A DNA stretch of 61,746 bases, the filler included, from Malassezia furfur (Eukaryota): assembly GCA_052055015.1 (NCBI GenBank). It is 2 parts of 2 records of this genome, joined end to end, with 100 filler letters (N's around TTAATTAATTAA, not from the genome) between each part and the next. Parts side by side here need not be neighbours in the genome. Positions count along the whole stretch, not along the records: positions 30,983 to 61,746 come from JBQJIT010000097.1; 1 more part is not named here. One strand, given 5' to 3'. Each line of letters opens with the position of its first letter. Position 1 is the stretch's first letter. The translations under genes were made by a program, and so were the position numbers. Shown here in pieces: positions 43,035 through 53,739 of the stretch. The notes beneath the pieces are model-generated. The model was given only the letters and a program-made list of their open reading frames with translations, had not been told where the DNA came from and did not search any database.

Positions 43035-44843
43035 CTACGGCGAGCCCTGCAGACTACCGAGCGACTCGCGGATCACGAGGTGCACCGAGGTGACCACCAC
43101 GATGTCGCGCAGCTCCTCGCGCGAGAATCCGCGCCCATCAAACCCAATCCCGGTGTTACGCAGATCAGGCAGCGGGCTCGGAAGCGACAAATGACACACC
43201 ACAAGCGGGTGGTGCGGCGCGGGCTTGAGCTGTCCAATGGGGATGCGCGTCGCCTCGTCGAGCACCAAAAAGCACGTCCAGGGACAGTACTGCAGCTCCG
43301 TGTCGGGCTCGCTCATGCCGTGCGCCTGGCGAGTCGGCGACGTGGCCGGCGAGCGCGACGCGCCGCGGTTCGGGCTCGCTGATCGTGAGCGCTCCTCGAT
43401 CGGAGGCAGCGGCGGCGCACGCAGTGAGTCGGGCGAGGTGCGTGGAGCGATTTCGCCGTCGGGCGTGGGCAGGGGCGAGGTAGTGGCTTTGGGCGACGTC
43501 GATCCGACGCTGCCGCGCACCCATTCAAATGCCGGCCGGATGGTGTGTGCCGGCGGTGCTGCGATCCCTTGGCCTTGGCGCGCGAAATCATTAAACTGGC
43601 GCCAGATGCGTGCCAGGATAGGGTTTGTGTCGGCCTCCGTCGCACTGGCCGCGCCAGGCTCGTCGTCCCGCGCCCACCGCTTGATTTCCCAGACGTAGGC
43701 ACGCGTCGTTTTGCCGCGGGAGACTCCGGCACCCGGAACGAGCTGCGGGATGGAGTGTGGTTGCAACGCGGTCGTATGTGTCGGTGCAGTGGACGACACC
43801 ATCGTGGGGGGCAGAGTATCGTGCGAGCTGGTTCGGTGCAGCGGCTCCATGGTCGCTGGAGCGGCGCTTCGAGACGTGGGGCGCATCGACTGCGTGCGCG
43901 TCAAACTGTGGGAATCTTCGCCCACGCTCGTGTTGCGCAGCTGGTTACCGATCTTGCGGATGCGCGAGAAAAACTTGCTGCGCAGGACTTTGCTGGGCTC
44001 GCCCGTCGAGGAAGTCGCGGCTGCTTTGTCGCTTCCCTCGTCGGATGCGCCGAGTGAATCGGAGCTGCCATGTGGATCATCCTGTACATCTGTGTGGGCG
44101 TGCACGGGTGCGCCATGTTGTGGTGTCTGGCGCCCGTGCGTGTACAGAACCTCTTGCGGCTGCAGCAGGCCAAAGCCCTCGATCTCGACACCCTTGCGTG
44201 TAAATTTGGCGACGTTTTGATCGGTACCGGCATCCACGATGTGGGTTGTGCGGATATTATGGTAGTCCAAATTGTAGAGGGGAATGGCCCGCCGCGCCGA
44301 TGCGCCGTTCGACGAGCTCGAGGACATATCCGAGCCGCCGGAGCGCGTCGACGACATCGAGTTCGAGCGGCGCAATTCGGTGACGGGCATCATGCTCGAG
44401 CCCGAATTGCTCCGGCTCCGCCCTTCACTATGACCCGCGTCACTGTTCGGGTTCGACCCGGCGCGGCCACGGCTCAGGAGCTGAATTTGCAGGTTGTAGG
44501 GGTGGTAGTGCTGCTTCTTCAGCGACGGCTGAACAATGATCAACTCCTCGGGCGGCGAGGCACGCCCGCGACGTTGCGGCAGCGTTGTCAGACCCAGCGC
44601 TGTGGGGGCTTCAGGGGCGGGCGGCGTACGCGGGACGTCGGGGCCCGAGTCCGACGTGTGACTCGCGCCGTTGTCCGAATGCGCGTCATGCGACTCTACG
44701 TCCGTCTCGAACGCACTCGGCTCCTCAACCAATTGGCTGCACGCTTCATCGTCACAGCCAATGGTGCCGGGCATACGCTTGGTCGGCTGGATCTTGCCCA
44801 TAGCCAGGGGCGGTGCGCACGGCGTGGAAACCACTTCCGCCAT
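43035..44843 (-). CDS. Hypothetical protein, S/T-rich, with apparently conserved blocks
   Basis: 602-codon ORF with blocks PYNLQIQL, IPLYNL..H.I....VDAGTDQNVAKF, YVWEIKRW, PWTCFL, LKPAPHHP, ELRDIVVVTSVHLVIRE. Confidence 0.7.
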   Translation of the reverse strand: MAEVVSTPCAPPLAMGKIQPTKRMPGTIGCDDEACSQLVEEPSAFETDVESHDAHSDNGASHTSDSGPDVPRTPPAPEAPTALGLTTLPQRRGRASPPEELIIVQPSLKKQHYHPYNLQIQLLSRGRAGSNPNSDAGHSEGRSRSNSGSSMMPVTELRRSNSMSSTRSGGSDMSSSSSNGASARRAIPLYNLDYHNIRTTHIVDAGTDQNVAKFTRKGVEIEGFGLLQPQEVLYTHGRQTPQHGAPVHAHTDVQDDPHGSSDSLGASDEGSDKAAATSSTGEPSKVLRSKFFSRIRKIGNQLRNTSVGEDSHSLTRTQSMRPTSRSAAPATMEPLHRTSSHDTLPPTMVSSTAPTHTTALQPHSIPQLVPGAGVSRGKTTRAYVWEIKRWARDDEPGAASATEADTNPILARIWRQFNDFARQGQGIAAPPAHTIRPAFEWVRGSVGSTSPKATTSPLPTPDGEIAPRTSPDSLRAPPLPPIEERSRSASPNRGASRSPATSPTRQAHGMSEPDTELQYCPWTCFLVLDEATRIPIGQLKPAPHHPLVVCHLSLPSPLPDLRNTGIGFDGRGFSREELRDIVVVTSVHLVIRESLGSLQGSP

Positions 44844-45315
44844 TGCCTAGATCGGCGTATTAATGTCTCGCGTAGAGATGAAGGGTAAAAACAAGGATGT
44901 GGGTCACTGAAAACGTTGCAGAAACCTCAAGACGCGAGGGCTTCAGTGGAACAGTGCTTCAAAAAAGAATTGGTACGATCCGCAGCCTTGGCACTGGCCC
45001 CGCCACCAACCGCAGCGGAATTAATCTTGATGTCTCCGCGGCGCGGTCTCCACGGAACCTACGCATCACATGATTGGGGCGCAGGAGGAGTCCAACCCGA
45101 TGAGGCGCCAATCGGACCAACAAAGCCACGTGGAGGAGGGCTAGGGCGCGGACATAATGTGTCCCCGAGCCGACCGAATCGCCTCGAAAGAGTAAGTTTC
45201 GTATTGGATTGTCCATCTAGCAATTTAGGTCATAGCCCAATGGCCATGCTGCAAGGCACGCATAGGCCATCGGGCGGTGATAATTTTTGTCCTGACCAAA
45301 TCTCCGCGGAATTCA

Positions 45316-46151
45316 CTACCTAGATGGGTGTGGGAAGGAGAGTCCGGCCACGCCGATCCCCCGCGGACCAAAATGCTGCATAAGTAGATTTCACGCACCT
45401 TTGCATAACACATACGGCACCACGTATTGGGCCACCCTTGCTCAGACAACTCCGCGGGGCCATCTTGGACCTTGCCCGGATCCAGGGATGCATGGCAACC
45501 ATCACACCGTAGGCACGCACGGTGCCATTTATGGCCCGCCGCTTGGCGCTGCTCCGCAAAATCTTTGTTAGTGATGGCCGTATACATACAAACAGGTTTG
45601 TGACATCTGGCACACAGCGGCGTCCCGCCAATGATGGGCGCGGACGGCGACGCAAGCTTCGTCGGCGCCACTTCGTCGCCCATCGTTGTCTCGGTGTGCG
45701 ACGAATCTGCACCGTAACTGCCCAAGCTCTGTCGGCTGAGGGAGGTCGGAATTGTTAAAGGCTCAGTACTGCCTGACGGTGTCATCGGCAGCGGTCTCCG
45801 GCCAGGCGAAGGAGTCGTGTGCACGCTGCGTGACGTCGATCCTGTACTCGTCTCGGTTCTGCGCGCCTCTGGTGACGCGTGATGAGGAATATCAATGTGT
45901 GTGCGTAGCGGTACAGCGGTACCAAATCTGTCTTTGCCCTGCCCCAGGTGGGTGCGGTGACAATTGTTGCAGAACGGCTCGCCATCGTGCTCGAGTAGCG
46001 ACACACTATCCAGTAACTTATTGCACACCACACATTTCAGGCACTGCTTGTGGTATGACTTAGACATGGGTCCTAGCACCTTTTCTGCCGCGTACACGCG
46101 GTCATTACATCGAGGACATCGCGGCGCTTCCACGAAGATGCGCGGCGCCAT
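45316..46151 (-). CDS. Two-LIM-domain cysteine-rich protein (CRP-like); introns 45563-45589 and 45376-45398
   Basis: CPRCNDRVYAAE...YHKQCLKCVVC...PFCNNC; CARCHKPVYFAE...WHRACLRC..C...WCRMCYAK|HFGPRG. Confidence 0.88.
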
Positions 46152-46189
46152 GGCCAAAACGCGCACGATGCCAACACTGCCAAGCCCAT

Positions 46190-46240
46190 CACGTGGTCGA
46201 TCGTCTGCGCACGACCCACCCTCACGTGGAGATCCACGTG
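46190..46240. promoter_or_regulatory. Cluster of three CACGTG E-boxes in the divergent LIM/PCT1 promoter
   Basis: CACGTG at 46190, 46223 and 46235; the same motif recurs in most promoters of the window. Confidence 0.55.
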
Positions 46241-46488
46241 CCGCTACCTGGTCTGTGGTCAGGACGGCCCGAAGCGTTCGTGGAGGCCGGCTTGGGCCCA
46301 GCCAGCGAATCCCTGGCCTCCACCACGGACGACTCTAATTCGGTGCACCGAGCGGGGTGTACTTGCTCTGTCGCCTCCGCCAGCGTACCAAGGTACGTGC
46401 CCTTTTTTTAATTCTTACCAGATTTTACGTGTCGACTTGTCGTTTTCCACGTACAGCACAGTTTTCTCTTTTACTTCCCCTGGTAACC

Positions 46489-47285
46489 ATGACTACTTCA
46501 TCTCATCTCCCAAAGGCATCCGTGCGTCAGAACGACGCTGGATCTCCGTCGTCCGCTGCCACGCCGACTCCTAATGAAGTCAAGGCACAATCGTATGACG
46601 TACTCATGGGCGCTCCGCGCTCCCACGAAAATGGACCTCCCATCGCGCCAATCGCCTCGGTTGAGTCGATCCGGGAATGGGTGCACGCGGCCATCTTCAA
46701 TCCCTCACCCCATCGCCCGTACCGCATCAACCCACCTCCGCAGGACCGGCCCGTGCGTATTTATGCGGATGGCGTGTATGACCTCTTTCACTACGCGTAC
46801 GTTTCACACCTTGCTGACGCAGGCACATGTTGCAGCTTCGCCAGGCCAAGCTTTCGTTCCCCTCTGTATACCTAATTGTGGGCGTTGTGTCTTCGGATCT
46901 ATGCGAGAAGCACAAAAATCGGCCTATGCTCGAGTCCAGTGAACGTTATGAGGCTTTGCGGAATTGCCGTTGGGTCGACGAAGTGCTCGAAGATGCACCG
47001 TGGGTCATTGAACCAGAACTCGTCAACAAACTAGCGATCGACTACGTGGCGCACGATGAGCTGCCTTATGCGATGGCCACCGGTGGACAATCGCAATCTC
47101 ACAGCGACGTGTACGACTGGCTGAAAAAGGAGGGACGGTTCCTACCCACGCGGCGCACCGAGGGGATCAGCACGAGCGAGCTCATGTCGCGCATCGTATC
47201 GATGTACCGCGAAGGCGATTTGGATGCCAAGCTCGAAAAGATGGGCGAAAGCAAGCTCACATCTACGTCCCCCTATAGCCCGTAA
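46489..47285 (+). CDS. PCT1: Choline-phosphate cytidylyltransferase; intron 46797-46822 (possible 5'UTR intron 46393-46421)
   Basis: [51 protein letters not shown]. Confidence 0.92.
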
Positions 47286-47295
47286 TACATGGTCA

Positions 47296-47938
47296 TTACT
47301 GTGATTCGTTTTCAGCGGAACGAGGAACATCGTCTGCACCGGAGAGAGGGTCTTGTGAGTCGTAAGGGTCGCGTGCCCCTTCGTTATGCGGCTTTTCCGA
47401 CGTAGCGTCGCGTGTCTCGCTCGGGTCCCGATCGTCCCTGCGGGGTGAGTCGCGTGGGTCGGTCTCGTCCCTGTACGGCTCAGGCGAGCGCGAGTCACGC
47501 CTGGGCGGCACATCCTGGTCGTTTGGCTCTGTTGGACGGTCGTTGTAGCGTTTCTCAGGACGCCGCGGCGAGGGCGATCGGCGCCCCCGCGGTGCTCCAC
47601 CTGTGCGCCAAACTGGCGAAGGTTTGTTCTTGAGTAAGCAATCGGGCGCGCACGTACTTTGGCATACTGGATATCAAGGCGATAGGAGCCGAGGCGAAGC
47701 CCATGCAGATCGTGGTACGCGTCCTCGGCGTCGCGGATATCGCCGTATTCCACAAACGCGTACGGTCGCGACCTAGGCGTCTTGGGCGCCGGGATATCGC
47801 AGCGTACGAGTGGCCCGATTCTGCATGAGAGGTGCGTACGTACCGCTCGAAATCGATCGCTAGCTCACTCGCAGTGATGCGCGGAGGAAAACCGGTCACA
47901 TATAAGGTCCGTGAAGAAATAGGTCGGCGCCCCGCCAT
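47296..47938 (-). CDS. SR-like single-RRM splicing factor (Srp1-like); introns 47821-47843 and 47629-47657
   Basis: TLYVTGF...[19 protein letters not shown]...PYAFVEY.D.RDAEDAY, followed by an RSPSP/RD-rich tail. Confidence 0.85.
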
Positions 47939-47990
47939 GGTCCGTGACAGAGCCGCCCGGCATGAATCCAAATTCTGGCCACGCGGCTAG

Positions 47991-48003
47991 CACGTGGCAC
48001 GTG
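47991..48003. promoter_or_regulatory. Tandem E-boxes at the centre of the 114-nt divergent SR-protein/NDUFA6 promoter
   Basis: CACGTG-G-CACGTG about 50 nt from each ATG. Confidence 0.55.
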
Positions 48004-48052
48004 ACTGGGCTTGAAGGAGGGCGCCGGCGACCAGACGATTACAAACGCGATC

Positions 48053-48540
48053 ATGACGACTATCCCGGCGCGCTTGGCGAGGGCCACCCAGGTCTCTTCG
48101 TCGCTGGCACACGCGCAGAGCCGCTCGCGCTCGCTCTATCGTGCGTTCTATCGTGCTGTACGTGGTGCTTGTTCTCTCACACCAGGCTCCCGAGATTTGT
48201 GCGCTCTACCCGCTTGATGTGCCGCCGGCCATGCTCCGGGCCAAGATGCGCACCATGTTCGAGCAGAACCGCCATGTGCGCGATGTCGCTGTGCTCGATG
48301 TATTGCTCCTGAAGGCGCAACAGGAGTACCAGGAGACTATGAATGCGTGGAAGCAGACGTCGCATGTCATGAAGTGGTTCACAGAGGAAGAGGTACGTAT
48401 GCCTAGCCCCTGACTGACGCAGGCGCCTCGTACGTTGTCCATCCATGCGCGACTAACCTACAGCCAAGCCCAAGGGCTTTTTGGAGAAGTTCTACGCAAC
48501 GCGCGACGAGGGCCGTGGCCCGACGCACGAGGGGCTTTAG
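48053..48540 (+). CDS. NDUFA6: Complex I accessory subunit B14 (LYR family); introns 48158-48185, 48393-48422, 48430-48463
   Basis: SLYRAFYRA|APEI..LY, FEQNRHV.D...D.LL.K..QEYQETMN.WKQ.SHVM, FLEKFY. Confidence 0.92.
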
Positions 48541-48607
48541 ACAGGGTGTCGGTATACAGCCTTTGCGGAATAGATTACACACTATGAATGCAACCACAGG
48601 TGCCATG

Positions 48608-49677
48608 TCACAAGAAGTACTGTGACGCAGTACTGCGCGCGGGGACCATGCGGTCCTGATCGGGTACTGCGTCGAAGATTTTGAAGTGCGACGCGCCGAA
48701 CCGAGTCGCGTTGTCCTCCTCCTTGGCGGCTTCGGTTGTTTCCTGCGCTTCCTTTTGCAAGTTTTCCGCATCAAGCAGATCGTCCACTTGGAAGACGGAC
48801 GCAACGTTTCCACATCGGTAGCAATAGTTCGGCGCGGACCATACCGTGACGATGTTTTTGTCGTGCATCATTTTGAACCCTTCTTGCACGAGCTGGTGCG
48901 CACGCGCAATGAGCTCCAAGTCGTTCAAGTGGTTAAACTCCTTCGTAACTTGCCGGCCAAAGAGCCAGCCAGCCCCGCGAGGGCTCACGCTCCACGTCTC
49001 GATGTCCTCGGGATCCGACCACATCAGGTCGCAGAACGGTCCTTCGTGCGGCACCTCTTGCATACGCATGATCGTACGAATCTGGTCAAGGGTGCGCAGC
49101 TCTGGGCTTAGGCCTCCATGGATACACAGCACACGGCCGTCGATAATCTAGATCAGCCACCGTACACGTACTGCTGCAATATTCAGGTATTCGAACACCT
49201 GGCAACAGCTCTTCCAGACAGCAGCACTGCCGTATTTCTGCATGCATTCGTCTGCGTCAGGAGACACACGTACCGTAGAAGCCGTACACCTGCGTGATCT
49301 GGCGACTTTCGTGGTTTCCTCGCAAAAGCGTAATCCGGTGCGGATATCGCGCCTTGAGTGCGAGAAGGAGCGACAGCGTCTCGAGTGAAAAGTAGCCTCG
49401 ATCGACAAAGTCGCCCTGGGTGTGAGTGTGCGCCACATACCATGAAGATATAGCCAGTATCTGGCAAGTCGCCGCCCACACGGAACAGTTCAAGAAGATC
49501 GTAAAACTGGCCGTGGATATCGCCACACACAGTCACCGGGCTGGATACCGGTTGAATATTGCTCTCTTCCATCATGATATTGCGCACCTGCTCGCAGAGG
49601 GACTTCATGTCCTCCTCGGGCAGGTACTTGCATTCGCGCAACTGGGCAATCCAGGAATCTGGGTTACCCACCGTCAT
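48608..49677 (-). CDS. SIT4: PP2A-like Ser/Thr phosphatase, PP6/Sit4/Ppe1 type; introns 49416-49440, 49252-49273, 49148-49171
   Basis: [53 protein letters not shown]-terminal YFL. Confidence 0.9.
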
Positions 49678-50041
49678 TGCTGCTAGTTTTGGACGCCGAC
49701 GAATGCGCCAATGCACCCACGCACGCTGTTCTCAATCAATTACAACCAACGGCGTCCAAGTACAAAAGTGCTGGACGGTCGGTGCACGGAACACGCAAGC
49801 GGATCTCCTCGCAGAGCCAGAACAAGAGATTGGCGCCGGTGCGCCGATGTTTTACGCGCGACGCATAATTCCTGCTCCACCCAAGGGACTGCGACCAACG
49901 GTACCGGCCGGGTGCCCCCCTATGTAGGTTCAACAGGGAGTTTCGTACTACGTAGCCAGTGTGTCGTATCCTGTCCTAATGCTTGCCCTGGCCCGGGAGC
50001 AAGGCACCACGGGGTGGAGGTTCTTGCTTCCTCACGCAACC

Positions 50042-50507
50042 ATGCTCCCAACAGGGCCGGCGTGGAAGCAAGCGGACCCTTCGCGCGAGCCGGGTGCGTC
50101 AACCCCTGTGTCGCGCACACAGCGCCTCCAGCGTCTCGAGAAGAACCCACCCATGGGCCCTGAGACGCCAGAAGAGCGACTGCGGCGCCTTGCTCGCCGC
50201 GTGGATACCTGGACGGAGTCGCGCAGCGACAAGTCTATCTGGCAGAGTTGGACGTGTACGTCTTCTTTTCTCATGCAGCGATTGCGCCCAAGACGCGCAT
50301 AACCTTGGGTCTAGGAGCAATCGGTATGCCTAAGTGCCTAATGCAGCCTTCTCGCTCGGCGGCTTGTACATTGCCGACTACTTGGAAAAACAATACCCCG
50401 CACGGAACAACCGCGGTGTTGTCCACGACGCAAGCCAACCCCAAATGCAAGGAAAAGGCGACTCGCCGCGCTTCTTTTCGATTAGTGTCGTAGACCACAA
50501 GCCATAA
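50042..50507 (+). CDS. Small hypothetical single-pass membrane protein; introns 50256-50278 and 50324-50346 (23 nt each)
   Basis: Two canonical micro-introns join a frame reading ...KSIWQSWTSIAPKTRITLGLGAIAFSLGGLYIADYLEKQYP...FFSISVVDHKP*. Confidence 0.7.
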
Positions 50508-50638
50508 CGCGCGGCGCGCGTTGGCGCCAACGCGCTTCCGCATGGCGATGTTGGCCCTCGCGCGTGGCGCGCTCGTTCGAGGAATTATGCACGGGAGGCT
50601 AAGTCCGGGTTGGGCCTGCAACGGCCTGTAACCTGACG

Positions 50639-52192
50639 ATGATGTTGAGCTCTGTGCTGAAGCGCTCGCCGCAGCTCTCTACTAAGGTATGGTTACAAAA
50701 CTCACACCAGGCTCTGAAGCAGCCGCTTACGCTCCCGCGTCTGCTGCCCATTGGTGCTGCGCCGCTGGCTCGTGGCTATGCCTCGAGCTCGGAGCCATAC
50801 GATGTCATTGTGATTGGTGGTGGCCCCGGTGGCTACGTGGCCGCGATCAAGGCCGCGCAGGGTGGTCTGAAGACTGCATGTGTTGAGAAGCGCGGTGCGC
50901 TTGGTGGTACCTGCTTGAACGTGGGCTGTATCCCTTCCAAGTCGTTGCTGAACAACTCGCACATCTTCCACCAGACGCAGCACGACCTCAAGAACCGCGG
51001 TATTGACGTCAGCGAGGTCAAGTTGAACCTGCCGCAGATGCTCAAGGCGAAGGAGAGCTCGGTCACTGCGCTCACCAAGGGTGTCGAGGGCCTGTTCAAG
51101 AAGAACAAGGTCGACTACCTCAAGGGCACAGCCAGCTTCGCGAGCCCTACGACGGTGGACGTGAAGCTGAACGATGGCGGTGAACAGCAGATTGAGGGCA
51201 AGAACATTATCATTGCGACTGGCTCTGAGGTGACGCCCTTCCCTGGTGTGGAGATCGACGAGGAGCAGATTATCAGCTCGACGGGTGCGCTCTCGCTCAA
51301 GGAGGTGCCTGAGAAGATGGTCGTGATCGGTGGTGGTGTGATCGGTCTGGAGCTCGGTAGCGTGTGGAGCCGTCTGGGCGCCAAGGTGACCGTGGTTGAG
51401 TTCCAGGACGCGATTGGTGGCCCCGGTCTGGACAGCGAGGTGAGCCAGCAGTTCAAGAAGCTGCTCGAGAAGCAGGGCATCCAGTTCAAGCTTGGCACTA
51501 AGGTGAACGGGATTGAGAAGCAGGATGGCAAAGTGATGGTCCGCACCGAGGGCAAAGACGGCAAGGAGCAGGACTACGACGCCAACGTTGTGCTCGTGTC
51601 CATCGGTCGCCGCCCGGTGACGAAGGGCTTGAACCTCGAGGCGATCGGCGTTGAGCTTGATAAGAAGGGCCGCGTGGTGGTGGACGATGAGTTCAACACG
51701 ACGTGCAAGGGTGTCAAGTGCATTGGTGACGCGACGTTCGGCCCTATGCTTGCGCACAAGGCCGAGGACGAGGGTATCGCCGTTGCTGAGATGCTCGCGA
51801 CCGGCTACGGCCACGTCAACTACGACGTGATCCCTGCGGTGATCTACACGCACCCCGAGATTGCGTGGGTCGGCAAGTCGGAGCAGGAGCTCAAGAACGA
51901 TGGCGTGCAGTACAAGGTGGGCAAGTTCCCCTTCCTGGCCAACTCGCGTGCTAAGACCAACGTCGACACCGACGGTTTTGTCAAGTTCCTCGTGGAGAAG
52001 GACACCGACAAGATTCTCGGCGTGTTCATCATCGGTCCGAACGCCGGCGAGATGATTGCCGAGGCTGGCCTGGCTATGGAGTACGGTGCGAGTGCAGAGG
52101 ATGTCGCGCGCACCTGCCACGCGCACCCGACGCTCTCGGAGGCCTTCAAGGAGGGTGCGATGGCCGCCTACTCGAAGCCGATTCACTTTTGA
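50639..52192 (+). CDS. LPD1: Dihydrolipoamide dehydrogenase (E3), mitochondrial; in-frame intron 50687-50710 (24 nt)
   Basis: [41 protein letters not shown]. Confidence 0.97.
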   Translation: MMLSSVLKRSPQLSTKVWLQNSHQALKQPLTLPRLLPIGAAPLARGYASSSEPYDVIVIGGGPGGYVAAIKAAQGGLKTACVEKRGALGGTCLNVGCIPSKSLLNNSHIFHQTQHDLKNRGIDVSEVKLNLPQMLKAKESSVTALTKGVEGLFKKNKVDYLKGTASFASPTTVDVKLNDGGEQQIEGKNIIIATGSEVTPFPGVEIDEEQIISSTGALSLKEVPEKMVVIGGGVIGLELGSVWSRLGAKVTVVEFQDAIGGPGLDSEVSQQFKKLLEKQGIQFKLGTKVNGIEKQDGKVMVRTEGKDGKEQDYDANVVLVSIGRRPVTKGLNLEAIGVELDKKGRVVVDDEFNTTCKGVKCIGDATFGPMLAHKAEDEGIAVAEMLATGYGHVNYDVIPAVIYTHPEIAWVGKSEQELKNDGVQYKVGKFPFLANSRAKTNVDTDGFVKFLVEKDTDKILGVFIIGPNAGEMIAEAGLAMEYGASAEDVARTCHAHPTLSEAFKEGAMAAYSKPIHF

Positions 52193-52252
52193 TTTCGTAG
52201 GTTTCCCCCGATAGGCGCCCGATACGTCTTCCTCTCCGCACCGTGGCCGACC

Positions 52253-53734
52253 ATGGGCCCTCCGTCATGGTGGACGGGGGTCTGCGTCACTATAGCCAGC
52301 AATGTGCTCATATCGCTTGCATTGAACTGCCAGAAGCTAGCGCACATGCGCCTAGATGCACAAGCGCAGAGCAATACGCCGCCCACTGAAGAGACGCGTC
52401 TGCTTACGTCGGCGTCGCCGCCGCCCTCCTATCTCCGAAGCAAGCTGTGGTGGACCGGCCTCGCGCTTATGGGGCTCGGCGAGTCGGGCAACTTTCTGTC
52501 CTATGGACTGGCACCTGCTTCACTCGTGGCTCCGCTTGGCGCCGTCTCGCTGCTGTCCAACGTGATCATCGCACCGGCCATGCTCCATGAGACCATCCAC
52601 GCGTTTGATCTTATCGGCATCTTTCTCGCCATTACCGGCGCAGTAGCGGTCGTGAGCAGCGCAGGTCCCTCCGGGAGCGAGCCACTCGATCCGCAGCGCC
52701 TGTGGGTGGCGCTTTCTCGTACCACCTTTGTCGTGTATACCTGTACGATGCTGGTCCTCGCTACGGCACTTATGGTCCTTTGCAGCACGTCCGTGGGGAA
52801 GCGCTCTGTGTTGGCACACGTTGGAACCTGCGCAGTATTTGGTGCTTTCACAGTGCTTGCAACCAAGGGCATCTCGTCCTTCCTAGTGCTGGACATGGAC
52901 GAGAGTCCTGCATGGATGCTGCACGAGCCACTTTTTTATGGGCTCGTCGCTGTGCTTGCCAGCACGGCTGTAGCGCAGCTTGCTTATCTGAATCGCGCAC
53001 TTCAATCGTTTGACTCACGCAAGGTGGTGCCGACCCAGTTTGTCCTGTTCACTGTGTCGACAATCGTGGGGTCCTCGATCCTGTACCACGACTTTGCTCG
53101 CGTGCACTGGAGCCAAATTATAGGTTTCACCATCGGCGTCCTCACCACCTTTCTCGGCGTGATTGTACTGACTTGTTCGCCTAGCACAGAGACCGGCGAG
53201 GGAGAGGTGCCGACCGGGGCGGAGACATCCGGGCCTATGGAGATCATCGTCGACCCAGCCTCTGATACATCCCAGGGTGTACCGACAGAAATTGTGAGTC
53301 CCAATGGACCCGCAAATGCAGCGTCCCTGTCACCCAAAATGGGTACACGGCGTCGTGCTTATACGTCGCCGGGGCCCGAAGAAGGACACATGCTGCTGCG
53401 ACCGCGTCAGCGGCTTGCGGATATGGCTGCATCGCTAGTGGAGCAGTCACAGTCGTTCCTGTCGTCTGGCCAGCCCATTCCTCGGCGCATCCGCTCGCGC
53501 CCCCCGCGTCCGCACACGTCCTCGTCTCTTACAGGCTCGATGGATGAAGATGGACACTTGCGTGCCCCGCTGGGGCATGCGTTCCTGGGGATCAGCCCCG
53601 GGCGCAACTTGCTGCTCATTCCTAACCAAGGAACCCCTTCGCTGTTGCCCCTGGACCTCCCTCGGCACCGCCTGGGGCACGCCCGGCGTGGGTCCGCGCT
53701 GGCCTCCCTTTTCCATTCCAATGCACAAGAATAG
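52253..53734 (+). CDS. NIPA-family magnesium transporter (DUF803)
   Basis: ISLALNCQKLAH, YLRSKLWWTG, GESGNFLSYGLAPASLVAPLG, YLNRALQSFDS..VVPTQFV; multiple transmembrane segments. Confidence 0.9.
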   Translation: MGPPSWWTGVCVTIASNVLISLALNCQKLAHMRLDAQAQSNTPPTEETRLLTSASPPPSYLRSKLWWTGLALMGLGESGNFLSYGLAPASLVAPLGAVSLLSNVIIAPAMLHETIHAFDLIGIFLAITGAVAVVSSAGPSGSEPLDPQRLWVALSRTTFVVYTCTMLVLATALMVLCSTSVGKRSVLAHVGTCAVFGAFTVLATKGISSFLVLDMDESPAWMLHEPLFYGLVAVLASTAVAQLAYLNRALQSFDSRKVVPTQFVLFTVSTIVGSSILYHDFARVHWSQIIGFTIGVLTTFLGVIVLTCSPSTETGEGEVPTGAETSGPMEIIVDPASDTSQGVPTEIVSPNGPANAASLSPKMGTRRRAYTSPGPEEGHMLLRPRQRLADMAASLVEQSQSFLSSGQPIPRRIRSRPPRPHTSSSLTGSMDEDGHLRAPLGHAFLGISPGRNLLLIPNQGTPSLLPLDLPRHRLGHARRGSALASLFHSNAQE

Positions 53735-53739
53735 TCTCA

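Noticed and set aside
44844..45315. Longest intergenic stretch as a possible ncRNA or small gene
   Set aside because: No tRNA, snoRNA or snRNA motifs and no convincing spliced ORF; compatible with the promoter and 5'UTR of the 602-aa gene.
49689..49759. 10-bp inverted repeat TTGGACGCCG/CGGCGTCCAA upstream of SIT4
   Set aside because: A single short stem with no box motifs or other support, plausible by chance.
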